Below, in pieces: positions 28,911-44,344 of a stretch of 64,000 nucleotides of DNA. This DNA comes from Chrysomallon squamiferum (taxonomy: Eukaryota; Animalia; Mollusca), in NCBI GenBank assembly GCA_012295275.1, contig CM022672.1, positions 14,570,001 through 14,634,000 on the forward strand, in the 5' to 3' direction. The notes beneath the pieces were generated by a model. The model saw nothing but the letters and a program-made list of their open reading frames with translations. It was not told the origin of the DNA and did no database searches. Every line of letters begins with the position of its first letter. Positions within the stretch are counted from its first letter, which is position 1. A program made the translations under genes and the position numbers.

Positions 28911-31232
28911 TAAGAATTTCTGATGGTACGATATTTATGCTTACAAATATAATATTACAAATGGCCTACATACATTTTAACAAATTTCTGTTGTATTATT
29001 TGCTTTCGCGACCAGTATTTTCAACTAATATGTTTGAGGAAATAAATATTCATATAAGAAGTAAACAGGAAATTAAATAAATAACTAGAATAACGTCCTC
29101 GAAAAAGAAACAAATTACATTTTGAAAGAAATACATTTAAACGATACTAAAATACAACAACAAAGACTAAACGAGTGAAATAAATAATCCAAACTGACTA
29201 CGAAACTGGAAAATAAAGTCAAAACTGTTCGGGTTGAAATGTGTCTATCAACAAGGGAATCGTTTTCTCTATCAAATCTACAAAAACACTCGACTGCTAC
29301 GAACCAGACATTATAATTACTGTCATTCGTTGAAAAAGCGAGACCGGCTTTGAAACCTCCGTACACATCCACATCCACGCATTGGTTCCCATCTACATGA
29401 GGAAATCATAGACGATTATTTATTTGTAATACGAAATTTGGCAGAGAGAAATCAAATAGAACATGTTCGTCTCTCTCACTCAGGCGCTGCCTGATTACTG
29501 CCAGTTGCCGGAAGAAAAAAAAAAAAAAAAAAAAAAGATTGAAAATCTGCTGGGAAAAAGAGGATCTCCTTGTGTGCTTCCCACAGATAAACGATTCCGG
29601 GGGTAAGGAAGCATGAGTCATGGTCACCCCACAATCCCCCATAATTTTTTATTTTTTTTTTTATTTTTTTTTTTTTTTTTGTTAAATGAAGATTTGTTTC
29701 TGTTTTTCATGTTTTCAGAGAAAATCGCTTTATCCTGAATATAGTCGGGATTCCCTCTTTTGGTAAATTTTGATCGGCCCCTGACATGTCGTTGTAATTA
29801 TCCGAGAGAGCGAAGCGAGTCTTTGAATAAAAGAGCAACTCCTCCGAGGCGGTTTACCATGTTTACACAGAAGGATTTCCTCCGAAGTTGAAAACTTATG
29901 TCGGAAAAGTAGATTGTTTCGATATTGCTGAAGACTTAAAAAGCGTTTCATAGGAGAGGGATCTCACCACTTGCAGTTGTAATTAGAAAATTATGGATTT
30001 GAAAAGAAACTTAAAAGGTGTCTGATATTTTTTTTTTTTTTTTTTTTACGTATATACATAATATGAGATGAAAGGATTGAAACATAGATGCTGAAATTGT
30101 TCTAGAAAGATTTAGAAGTGAAGTAAAACAGCAGATAAAAAAAAAAAAAAGAGAACAAACTAAATTTTTTAAAAAGCAAAGAAAAAACATTAAAAAGTAA
30201 AATGAAACAATTTTGTTTCCGGAATAGAATTAGTATTTTAAAGAATGTACATATGCATCCTCAAAAAAAAATAATAATAATAAAAATAAAATAAAATAAA
30301 ATAAAATAAAATAAAATAAAATAAAATAAATTCATAAATAATAATAATAATAATAATAACAAATATTTTTTTATATATATAATTTTAAACCCAAAACGTA
30401 CAACAACATTAATTACTTCATATTAAATTTAAATCCATATTAAAACTAATCACCCAAAAAACTCGGGACGATAAACCAGTCATTTACATCCAGCAACGCT
30501 TTAAACCCCTTCATCCTCCCTTTCATGTCTATCGTCTTATTATTATTATTATTTTCTTCTTTTTCTGCACACAGCTGAGAAGTCAGTCTATCGTATACTA
30601 AAGACCGCGAATCAGTAGATAGGTAGCCATTACTCTTTCACGCGACAGTACACTGTGTATTGTGATGAGTTGCGCTGAGTAGGCACCCCGCCGGGTACCG
30701 GTCTATGACTGGAGAATAATAACTACTATACGAACTTAGTCGAGTGGAGCCGATTAAATGTGTCGAATACAGGACGTCCCCCTTTGTTTGCATTCCAGCG
30801 GAGGAAAAAAAGGTTACTTGCGACATCCCGTGGTTAAAATGCTATAAAAGCTTTCCATAATGTAACTAAATAAAATTTGGAATGGTGTTTGTCAAAATTT
30901 AAGTGAATTTAGCTTTCGACTTAATGATAAATTATGTAAATAAGGTCTACAGGTGTTGGGAGGCAAGAAAAGCGTATATCTTTTCGGTGGGAACTGAAAT
31001 GATTATGGCGATTTTATGAAGGAAAGACTCATTGGAGCTAGTTGATTATGTTTCTTTTCAGTTGTGATGTCTATAATGGTATATATATATGTATTTCAGT
31101 GAAGGTTATGGTAAATTAGATCCTTCTTCATTTTCCCTAATTTAAAACGTATTTTCGACTGTGGTTTTCCGAATTTATTGGTGTGTCTATGTATGTCAGG
31201 TGTTTGTAAAATTATTAACTAACTGGCAATGG

Positions 31233-31263
<31 letters not shown>

Positions 31264-34200
31264 CTTATGTCTTCTGTATATATATATGTAAAGTGTGTAT
31301 GTATGTGGGTTTTTTAAATCTATGTACATGTGTACAAACATAGGTGTATATATATATGTGTGTGTGTGTGTATGAAGGCGAGTGTATGCTGGTGTTTATA
31401 TATGTATGTACATATGTCTTTATGTATGTATTCGTGTGCGCACGTATGTTTGTATTTATATAGATAAGAATGTGTATACAATTATTTACACTCCGTGAAT
31501 GAATCCATTCAGTTCTATAGTATTCTGTCACACCCAGTCAACAAGTCATTTAGGATTTGCAAACTAAAATCACTGAATATCAAACTGAAACCACCAAACC
31601 ATCAACATTATCTAACATTAGCAAAGAACCTGTTATGTTCGTGTTTGGCTGGTGTTATGTTAGTGTTATGTGAGATCAAGTACTAAACGATTTCTGGATA
31701 TCAAAGGATCAAACAGAAATCAACAACAGATCAGGACTTAATCTCATTTAATCAGACGGTGCTGAGATCAAACCGATGGACTGTTATGAGATAAACCGAT
31801 TATCTGTTATGATTGAGCTCTATCGTCATCGTCATCACCATTGAACAAGAAAAAAAGAAGAAATACTTCAACACAATGCGAGAAAACGGTGTCTGACATT
31901 GAAAAACAAAATTGTTTAAACCCTTAAATTAACACCTTTGACCCTTTTGTCGTCATTTGAAAAAGAGAAGTCGTTTTTCAAAACAAGTCACGGTGTGGTC
32001 CCCACGAGCTCGCCACTAAAAAGGTGTTCGAACAAAACGTTTTCATTAAAAACCGGCTTCCTCGTAAAAAGATCGCATTGGCGTAAAGAAACGATTGTCC
32101 TTAGCGTTCGCGTCACATGAAAGGAAGTGACGACAAAAGCCGCCAGATAGCGCTGGTGGACAAGCCGAATAATAATAATAATATAATAAAAACAAAAAAC
32201 AAAAAAGAAGAAGAAGAAGAAGAAATGCTCAAGGGAGATTAGTCCATCTGAAACGAGCAGCTTTGCAAGGACGCGTTTAATTCGCCAAGTTTCGCGCGTT
32301 AGATCACGATTAAACACGGTCGCCTCGTTTCCCTCCGCCGACTCTGCCCAACAGGGGAGAAAACTTATCAATTACCCGAACAAAAACAGGATCGCTCCGG
32401 CGAACAAAGGCGGCCAATGTTGACGACCAGTCGAGAACATAAGTCGACGGATTACGACCATCGTACACGAGTTGGTCGCTTTTAAATTGATCGTCAGAAA
32501 CCGCGTCAGACAATTGTTTTCCTGTCGGTATTCGATCAGGCGTGCTAGCACACTACCCATATTGTAGCAATCTCGCTTTTATTCGAGAAAAACATGATAA
32601 ACTCACCGGTCTATTGCTGCTGCTGCTGCTACTACTACTACGGGAGCTGCATTTCATGGCGTTTTTTTTTTTTTTTACAAATCAGTCCGATTAAAACGAT
32701 ATTCATATTTGAAGCGACGATTTGGTATAAAATTGACTTAAGGTTTGTATTTCAAAAAAGTATTAAGTGTTTAGTAATCTGAATGTCGATGGGGATGATG
32801 GAGAAAGCTGAATGCTTCATGAATACAGGAACTATGGGCCACTGGAGATGATCGCAGAATCATATAATAGGAAATTGCTTCACAGCGGGGTGGACTCGTA
32901 GACGATAAAGACGCATTATTACGGAGAGATTTCTGAAAACGATTTTTTTTTTTTCTTCTTTTTCTTTTTTTTTTTTCTGTCAGAAGTATTGTGTTGATTC
33001 AAAGACTTAACTTTTTTTGATGTTGTTATTTTACTTTATAATAATAAATAATAATAATAATAATAATATTTTAAAAATACAGTTTTAAACGTAAAAGTAC
33101 AACGGCACTAAATTAATTCATGTTAAATTTAAACTGTCATTGTTGTCGTTGTTGTTGTTTTTGTTGTTATTGCTAATGACGTGTTGTAGTACAGGTATCA
33201 TAATGATAATAATGATAATATTATCTACATTATTAACACGAATAACAGTATTCGTAGTAGCAATTGCAAGTAGTGGTATGAGTAGTTTTTTTTTTTACTG
33301 ATATGACAGTTATTGCATTAGCTGTAACAGCAGAAACAGTAGTACTAAACAATATACAGTAGATGTATGACTTTGAGAGAGAAAGACAGACAGACAGATA
33401 TACAGACACATAGCTAGACAAATACACACACACATATATATAAATATATATATATATATATGAATGGAGAGACAGACAGACAGTGAAACAGAGAACAATT
33501 AAGACAGCGATAAAGACACGGTCTATAAATAACCGCCAGTAACGTTGTATCAGTGACATTACATCAGTAACACGGTTTCTCGCTTAGAAGTATAATTAAT
33601 AAAAACCGCCGGCTCGCTTGCGACATGCAGAGTAAAAATTGATGTGTGTCGACGTATCAACCACACGGCGAGCCAAGCTGCGTTTACAACCAGCATCCTG
33701 ATTGATTACCGTTGTTTCAGGAGCCGAGGAGGAGTGGCAGGGTAAACAAATCGATAAAATTGAAATCGACGTGCTGTTTGGCGTGCACACACCAATCAAC
33801 TAGCGGATGTCGGCGAACAAACAGTTTGTAATGACTGTTGATGTGACGTGCAAATTGGTGTGGTTTTTTTTTTTTTTTTTTTTTTTTTTGTTCTTCTGAT
33901 TTCGTAAAGTATATTCTGTATGTATTATTATATTTATTTTATTTTTTTTTTTTTTTTTTTTATTGTTGTGCTTTTGTGATAAAAGTTTAAAAGTTTTTGC
34001 TATTACATACATAAATACGTTGTTTATTTATTTATTTATTTGTTTGTTTGTTTGTTTGTTTGTTTTTTGTTTGTTTGTTTGTTTGTTTTGTTCATTTATT
34101 TATTCATTATTTTTTTTTATTATATATATATATTATATATATATAACACAATAGTTTCAAGATATTTATATACACATTCGTTTATTTCTACCGACAGAAA

Positions 34201-34628
34201 AAGACACTGAAACACTCTTTATTTCAATAATGTTTTGTGAAAGTATTTTTTATAGATGCAATCACATCTCGCTGTGTGTGTGACTGTGTTCGTGTACGTG
34301 CGGATCTGCGTGTGCGTGTTTCTCTTAATTTGTCAACAGGAATGCAGTGTTAATAATAATAACAATATAAGAGACACTGTTATCTTTGTCCTAAAGACAT
34401 GCAGCGGCTCTCCATTAAATAAACACGTAGAAACTGTTTAATCGTTCACTTGTCCGTAAAAACGTGCACACGTTATTTCGTCCGTCATTTAAATATCTGC
34501 CACCAAGAGGGAGGCGTACAAAGGCTTTCAGGAGAAGCTCGAACGCTTCTAGAATCTGCGCCTGTGTTTTTATTTATCTTCACTGTCATCCGGACTTCAA
34601 GCCGATTAGAATTATTTATATACAACTA

Positions 34629-35310
<682 letters not shown>

Positions 35311-35514
35311 TACCAGAGATGCTGATAATGAAGTGATATTTACGATTAAGAAAAAAATGAAATGATAACTATCCTTCTACCATTGCTACCTCTACTATTA
35401 CTAAATGATGACAGAAACAAATATAACATTTTGATGATAACATAGATAAATAAGATATAAGTATTATTAACAATTCTAGTCGGACTGATCACAAAACAAT
35501 TTAGCAAAGAACAC

Positions 35515-35560
35515 ATGCACGTATACATTTATAGATATATACATACATACACACACACAA

Positions 35561-35595
<35 letters not shown>

Positions 35596-36112
35596 CATAC
35601 ATACACACACATACAAACATACATACACACACATACATATATACATACACACATACACAAACATACATACATACACACACACAAACATACATACATACAC
35701 ACACACAAACACAAACATACATACACACACATACAAACATACATACACACACATACATATATACATACACACATACACATACATACATACACACACACAA
35801 ACATACATACACACACACATACATACATACATACATACACACACATACATACATATATACACACATACATTCATACATATATACACACATATATACATAC
35901 ATACACACATACATATACACATACACACATACATATATACATACATACATACAAACATACATACACACATACATACATACATACATACACATACATACAT
36001 ACATACATATATACATACATACATACACACAAACATACATACACACACACATACATACATACATACATACATACATACATACATACATACATACAAACAC
36101 ACATGCATACAT
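35515..36112. repeat. ~600 bp (CATA/CA)n compound microsatellite
   Basis: Includes a higher-order duplication: 35601-35658 recurs at 35721. Confidence 0.95.
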
Positions 36113-37281
36113 AGGCATATACTTACATACACTAAAACGAATGAAAGAAAAGCAAAGATAGAAAATAGAGGGAAAAAACAAAACACCCAGTTTTTATTAA
36201 AATTATGTTTGGAATTCAAACACACGAATGTATTCACATAAATTATAATATTATGTACTCATGTATGTATGAAAAATGTATGAATGTATGAGTGCATTTA
36301 TGTTTGTATGAATATTTATATGTAAGTAAATTTGAATGTATGTTTATAAATAAATAAATAAAATTTAATGTGTATGTATGTATGTATGTATATAAGTATG
36401 AAGGTATGAATGTATGAAAGTATATATGTTTGTGAATTTATCTATGTACATGAGTATGTATGTTTATAAATAAATAAACACACATGAACTTGATAGATAT
36501 AAATATGTGTATGAGTGTGTGTTCATGTATTTACAAATGTATGTGCATAAGTATATTTAAAAAAAAAAAACCTACAGGTATGTATCTAGACGTGTACAAA
36601 CTTCATCTACATCGCTGTACAAAAATGACATGACAGTACTTAAAAGCAACGACATTCCTTAACTGAATATTCTCCCTGCGTGAACGCTAATCCACTCCGT
36701 ATTTCTATTTCATATCTTTCCTTCAATATACCACTTATAATCATCCGAGCTAATGAAAGTCTGGTAATCTGATACCTACCACCCAGCGTTCACCTACCCG
36801 CAGCCTCGCATCTGCATCAATATAATAACAAATCACACTGCCTGTGATTAATGTTGATAACGTATATTAACCCCAGAGTGCATTTTGATAAATTGCCCAG
36901 TACAGTGCATTTAAATCGTACGATAAAAAAGAACTATGACGTGTATTATACATGGTGTGGCAAATTACTTGGTTGTATGGATAAACAATTTTATTATCGC
37001 AATCAGCTGTAATGTTTTTGTGCATATTTCTCTATTATTCATGTGGGGATAACACATCTATTCTGTCGTACTGGAATATTATGAACTGGTGATAATAACG
37101 AAGGTTAAGGTTGATAGACTCTCTCTGCGCTGGTTGTGTTTATCATGACGTTGATGTATATCTAGCGATGTGTTATTTCTGTATTTATAGTATGCTGATC
37201 TTCCATGAGATAAAACTACATGAGTCTGTTGAGTAATTATAGTTAAGAATAAGCGTGCATATATATGTACGTACGTACGTC

Positions 37282-37322
<41 letters not shown>

Positions 37323-37349
37323 TTGTGTATATATATGTGTGTGTGTATA

Positions 37350-37394
<45 letters not shown>

Positions 37395-38097
37395 TAATTT
37401 ATATATATATATATGTTAGTACCTATACAAGTTATACAAAAAAAAAAAAAAAAAAAAAACTTTAATTAATCTATCACTATTAAAAATAAAATTGAAAAAA
37501 AAAAATAAAATCAAGATTAACAAAAAAATGTTCTACGATCAGATTTTATAACCTTTATATCTTAATGATTGTGCCTACAAAAAAACCCACTGATATCACA
37601 TGACACTTGACAAATATATTAAAAAAAAGAAGAGAATAATTTGATAATATTTTAAATTCATGTTTCTATGGCACTTTACAAAGTGGAATTACTAGTATAT
37701 TAAATATAATTTGATGATGCTGTGGTTTTAAAAAATAAAACACGAAAAAAAAAAAAAGCATGAAAATAATGATAATAATAAAATGCATCTTCACCATTTG
37801 GTAATTGATCCGCGTTGAATTCAAATGATTGAGTAAAAGATAATAAATTGCAAATTATGAGTAGACTGATATATCTAACTACATTCACTAATCAAGTCAT
37901 GAAAATATATATTATAACAGTGTTTTATACAGATATATGTATAAAACACACACACACACACACACACACGTACGCACACGCACACACACCCATGAACACA
38001 CACACACATATATATAAACTTTTTAAAGTAATAAAGTCATAAAAATTCATTTAATTGCGAATCATAAATACCTTTATATTAATAGGAATATTAGTGC

Positions 38098-38142
<45 letters not shown>

Positions 38143-39019
38143 CATCATCATCATCATCATCATCATCACCATCATCATCATTATTTATTCGGATTAAAGA
38201 AAAAAACAAATTTTAAAATTCTAAAAATATATCTTTTAAAAACAATAAAAAGAAACAAAAAATTTAAACAAAAACTGAAGAAGATCGGTAAACATAAAAA
38301 TAAGAAAACAGCCTAATGATTCACGTCCTAGAATATATATAAGCAGAGAACAGAAAATTATAACATAACTAACTCTTTGTAGCAAACTGATATATCACAC
38401 TTAAAGACAGAGAAAGTCACTTAATACGCTGCTTGTAGCGAACTAATATTTGTACGTAAAAATTATGGAAAGTTACAAAATACGCTAAACATATATAAAT
38501 ATGTGAACATATTTGTAACGTAAAGAAAGAGAAGGTTACAAACTGTGCTTATTTATAGCGAATATAAGGCACACACTCTCTCTCTCTCTCACACACACAC
38601 ACATATATACATATATACATATGTATATATATATTGTTTCACGTTTCATTTATATGTAACGTGAAACAAAATAAAATTACAAAATAAGCCAAGAAGCGCG
38701 TTACAAGCCAACACGTTTGTAACGTGCAGCTGGAACGTCACAAAGGTCAACACGATTGTTGCTGTGCCGTGTTTGTCTACACCTAATAATGTTGTGTAAT
38801 CTGATTTTGTCACAAATCCCTCCTTGTTGCTAATCTAGCGTTATGACAACACGTGCGGGACAACACGACACGTGAGTGATATGTAAACACTCGCATACCT
38901 TCAGTAAACAGACTTGCCGATCTACGTACGAAAAATTAATAACGGAGTTATTTTCGTTGTGTTTTTTTAATATACTGATACACAGAAATAGTACAGTAAT
39001 GTTATATATATTTAATTAT

Positions 39020-39320
39020 TTTTATTACTACTACTACTACTGCTATTATTATTATTATTATTATTATTGTTTTGTTACTATTATTATTGTGTTTTGTTAT
39101 TATTATTATTGTGTTTTGTTACTATTATTATTACTACTACTACTGTACTATTATTATTATTATTATTGTGTTTTGTTACTATTATTATTACTACTACTAC
39201 TGTTATTATTATTATTATTATTGTGTTTTGTTACTATTATTATTACTACTACTACTGTACTATTATTATTATTATTATTGTGTTTTGTTACTATTATTAT
39301 TACTACTACTACTACTAACA
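39020..39320. repeat. Microsatellite-derived minisatellite, ~55-60 bp unit
   Basis: ttgtgttttgttactattattattactactactactgt... repeated about 4 times. Confidence 0.9.
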
Positions 39321-39681
39321 CGGTTGTTATTATTGTTACTAGTACTACCAGTATTATGTTACTGTTACTACAGTTATTATTGTTGTTGTTAGTGTTATTA
39401 ATTTTTATTAATTAGAAATTATTCGTTCAGCTAATTATTCACATTGTTGTTACTGTTTTAAATCTAAATTTTAGATTGTTTTGACAGTCGTAACAAATTT
39501 ATTATTTTATTTTATTTTATTTATATCTTTATTATTTTTAATTTTTATTTCTTATCACTCAGTCTCTACTTTTACCATTTTTGCAAATATATATTACTTC
39601 ACGTTTTCTTAGGTATATTTTCTATAATTTAGATAATAATAATAACAAAAATAATAATAATAATAATAAAAATAATAAAAA

Positions 39682-39721
<40 letters not shown>

Positions 39722-40749
39722 TGAACAACAACAATAAATAAATAAATAAAAAAAAAAAAAAAAAAAAAAAAAACAACAAAAAAAAAAAAAAACAACAACA
39801 AATGAATGAAAAAAACACATATCCTTTCATTGCATTCTTAATTTCGTTATCTCACTTAATGTAAGTAACACATAAGCCTTCTACGTGTTGAAAAAAACAC
39901 ACACACACACACACACGAAAGAACCAGATGGAAATATTTAGAGGTAACTTGAGAACAACGCTCTCGTTTGTGAAAAATCTGCCATAGACTTCACATATTA
40001 CAGAAACTGAATGTGTTTCCATGCGCCGAACAAATCTTTGGCATGGTTGCCATAAACTTAATAGGCTGCGGAAAAAAAAAAAAAAAACGGCCCGTCTTTT
40101 CGCCCGTGCCCGGTGGGTGGATGGGTGGGGGTCCCCAGTGGGAGAAAGGGCTAGCACAATAAGCGATCTATCGAGAAGCGTAGGGGGGTGGGTCATTAGT
40201 GTTTTAATTAGGGGTGAGGCTATTAGCTAATAATTGCACGTGTCTGGGGCAATCATTGCGGGAAGTTAATTTATACATTAGGTAGTGGGTGTTAATTCCT
40301 ACAATATGGATTATTTTATGTTTTTAAGAAGAAAAAAGGTTTTTAAAAAAAATCTTCGTGTTATTAAACTTTTTTTCTGCTGTGAAAATATATTATGATG
40401 ATGTTAATAATAACGGGTCAGATTGTATTTTGATCTCTATTTATTGTATTAATGTTATTAAATTTTTTTCATAAATTTAATGTGAATTTAAAAAGTAATA
40501 CAATATAAAGTAAGTGTACAATTTTTTTAATATAATATAATATAATATAATATAATATAATATAATATAATATAATATAATATAATATAATATAATATAA
40601 TATAGTATAATATAATATAAAATATATTATATTAGGTAATATAATGTCTTTAATATATATAAACAAAACGAAAAGGTTAACATAAATCATATTATTTTAC
40701 TATTCACTTATTATTATCATTATCATCATCATAAACATCATTATTATTA

Positions 40750-40803
<54 letters not shown>

Positions 40804-41849
40804 CTGATGAAGATAATAAGGTAGGACAGTCTCTATATAAATACACATTAAGAAAATGTTATAAAAATTAGTGTCTACATTTAATTTTCATTTAATATTT
40901 ACATTTTGCTGGTTATGTTTCTAGACAAACAGAAAAATAAATGCGACAAAAAAATATATACATATTTATCTAAAACCGTTGAAAAAAAAAATATTAATAT
41001 GAATATACTGGGTCTGTTTACTGACATAGAATGTTATCTTTATATAAAATACTCTAAAACAGCCAAACATAATTAAAATGAATATTAACTATCTTAATTA
41101 CAATTCCAATTAATCATAAATAATAATAAGAAAATGTTCTATTTTGAGGTTTTATAGGTTTTCATTTTATTTTGTGGAGATTAATTTTTTGTTCATTAGT
41201 TTAATAATGGAAGATATTCGTTATATTTACTGCGTATTTTAGTTGTCGTTTCAATTTGAATATAGTATAAGAAATTTAAAGTTAATCTGAATAGCAGATA
41301 AAGAAATGAAAATGTATTTGTTTGTTTGTTTTGCAATAAGTAAGACAACATTAGAAATTAATAAAAATGAAATTAATAAATAATGAAACTAAATAAACAA
41401 TTAAGCACTGTTTAATTTTAATGAAAATAAAAATACACACGTTATGAAATTTAAATTAATTAGTAACGAAATAGTTAAGTAATGATAGTGATTTAATATA
41501 AACGAATATAAAAATTAATAATTAATCAAAATTACATGGAAATTAACATAAACATTTAAATTTATTGTCGATAATGTATGTGACATTAAAGTTAAATTAA
41601 CATTAAAAAAATAATAATAATAATTTTAAAAAAAGACAGTAAATCAAATTATTACGCTGTTTTATTTAAATTACAATAGTATTATCATAATAAAAGTTAC
41701 GAAATATTATATGGAAGATGTATTTTATTCAGCAAATAAAGAAGGGTGTGTCAATTTCCTACGTGTATTGTATTTTTTTTATATATATGTTTCAATATTT
41801 ACTGAAATGAAAATAATGTATTCAAATTTTTTTACAATTTTGCTTCTAC

Positions 41850-41980
41850 GAATATAAAAATATATTTTCTTTTGTGTATCAGTATAAAAATATTTTTTCT
41901 TTTGTCTATCAGTATAAATATATATTTTCTTTGTCTATCAGTATATAAATATATTTTCTTTTGTCTGTCAGTATAAAAAA
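41850..41980. repeat. ~30 bp tandem repeat, about 4 copies
   Basis: tcagtataaa.atatattttcttttgtcta units. Confidence 0.85.
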
Positions 41981-43557
41981 TAAAAATCATTAATAAAAAA
42001 AGAATTAAGAAATCATGTTAATATTACTTTATGAAAATCTTTCACTGAAGTTATTAATGTGATATTACAACTAACGAATGTAAAAAGAATTAATAATTTA
42101 AGCCAATTACAAAGTAGCTAATAATATCTCTTCCTTATTAACTGAAACACAATACCGACAGTAACTTATTAGCGAAACAAAAATCACAGTATCATTAACT
42201 TATAAACGAAAATATTAATTACTTTGTCCACTTATAATCAGAAATAAAACTAATAATTATAACAGGAGAATGAAAATAACATTATTATTCCTTTAAAGAA
42301 ACCACAGTAACTAATAATTTTTTAGAGAAATAATAGTATTAAAAATTCACTTATAAGGGAAAATTTACACAGTTACGAAGAAAAATAATATTATTTATCG
42401 GTTTATACAGACAAATATTAATTTAAAAAAAACAAAACAACAATTTATTATTTATTAAATAGCAAAAAAAACAAAAACAAATAATAATCATCCATTTAAA
42501 TGTACTTTATCTTCTAATATTGCGCGTTCATAGAAGTAAATAATAATTTAGATCATTTTAATAAGAAAGTTTAGTATAATTATTTATTAGTATTAATAAT
42601 TGTTAACAGAAGAAAACTGTGTTCTAATACCGGACTTAATACAAAAATTAGTTGAGGAAAATTGTCAGTTCACTGAAAGGCGTTTTAACTGCTTATAATA
42701 ATTATCAAGTTTTGGAAGAAAATAATAATAACTACTGTGTAAATGCAGAGATTAAAATAATGATAATAATAATAATAGTAAGTGTTTTTATTATATACTG
42801 AAGGTAAGAAATCAAATCTATTTAAAAGCAATATTAAATATCAGACTGTCACTAGAGCCGAGAGTTGATATTATATACATACATATAACGCCAGTGTTAA
42901 AAATAATAATTATTATTATATATTTAAAATAACTTATTTTTTAAAAAATTAATAGCAGATTAAGAAATTTTAATTTTTATAATATTTTCTTAATGTGTTT
43001 TTATATTAAAACTGTCTTGTCTCATTATCACCATCAATATAATAATAATAATAAAAAGAAGAAGAAATACAGACGAAAAATAATATTATTATTAAGTTAA
43101 ATTATGCAGTTAATAAATAATAATAATAATTTCAAAAATATATATATATTATTATTATTATTATCCATTTAAAGACACAATTTAACCCTAGTTTACAGCC
43201 GAAATTAATAGCAATTATCAACCTAATACAAATTAATTATGCACGAAATAACAGAAGAAATAAAATATAATGCACCAGATCTGCACAACTATGTGAATAT
43301 TACACACACACTCTTAAATGCAGAGCTAAAATTATAATATTAATAACAATCACTTAATAAAACTTTAAAAAAAAAAATATATAATATTTTAAAAATCGCT
43401 TGGGACAACAAAACTGTAATAATAATAATAATATAATAATAATAATAACAATGGGCTTAATAACAACATTTAAAATTAATTAAAAAAATAATAATAATAA
43501 TAATTATTTTTTTTGTTCTTCTCTTAAAAACAAGGTATGAGCTAATTATTAATTTAC

Positions 43558-43990
43558 CTGGTTGTCGCCAGGGCTGTGGTAACACACCTGGCCAGTAGAT
43601 GGGCTGTCTCCCGGGCAGCTCTGCGAGTTTAGGAAACCTCACTTGAGGACTGAGGTACATTCCGTGATTCAGCCTGCCCATGGGGATGCCCAGACTGTGG
43701 GGGCGACCGAGAATGTCCTGAATTCCGTGCGGGGTGGACAAGCTGTTGGCCTGGGACATGAACTTGAGGGCGTTCTGCTGGTAGTCCGCCTGGTTCAGTA
43801 TGGACGTCGAGGAAGGGAATTTCATTTCTGTCAAATTGTGCAGAGCCGCGAGGGGCGGGCTGCTCAGCATCAGAGAGTTCTGTCTTGCCGAGTCCACCGA
43901 ATTGTTCATGTTCAGCAGCGAATTCATCGACGTATTGCTGGTGTTCGGGTACCCGTTCCCACCCGTGTCGTTAGAACAGTAGTCCAACAT
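43558..43990 (-). CDS. Nkx6: Nkx6 coding exon 1 (N-terminal repression region)
   Basis: ATG at 43990 in context acaccATG (the ORF-track start at 44005 is a TTG). Encodes LSSPPLAALHNLTEMK, the TN/eh1 motif TPHGIQDILGRP (43735-43700) and FPKLAELPGRQPIYWPGV, all recognisable NK6 motifs. Ends at the donor CCAG|GTAAAT, phase 1. Confidence 0.95.
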
Positions 43991-44136
43991 GGTGTCTCTT
44001 ATCAAACCTTTCCTGTGTAAATATAATATATATATATATATATAAATGATTTTTTTTTTTTTTTTTTTTTTTTTGAAAGCACCAACTTCTACACTTTAGT
44101 TAATCTACTTTTTTCTTTTTTTTTTTTTTTTGTCTT

Positions 44137-44154
44137 CTATCTATTGCACAGCAT
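44137..44154 (-). other. uORF (MLCNR*) in the putative 5' UTR
   Basis: ATG CTG TGC AAT AGA TAG; same caveat as the other uORF. Confidence 0.4.
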
Positions 44155-44175
44155 CGGTGGAGAAAAAAAACCCAG

Positions 44176-44205
44176 TTAATCGGTGTAACTTTCTCTCACA
44201 CACAT
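44176..44205 (-). other. uORF (MCVRESYTD*) in the putative 5' UTR
   Basis: ATG TGT GTG AGA GAA AGT TAC ACC GAT TAA lies between the predicted TSS and the main ATG. Depends on the TSS call and an unspliced UTR. Confidence 0.4.
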
Positions 44206-44344
44206 ATACAGTTCCGATCTGAGAATAACGACGACAACGACGACAACAACACTCTCTCTCTCTCTATCTCTTTCTCTCCTCTCTCTTTTCTCACAGTTAA
44301 CTTTTTCTTATGCGTTTGTAACCGAGCCACACAAGAACAGCAAG

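Noticed and set aside
35476-36237. Several 200-250 aa overlapping ORFs (VCMY/HTYI repeats)
   Set aside because: These are translations of a CATA/CA microsatellite that lacks stop codons.
43643-44020. Plus-strand ORFs of 125 and 60 aa
   Set aside because: Antisense shadows of the GC-rich Nkx6 exon 1.
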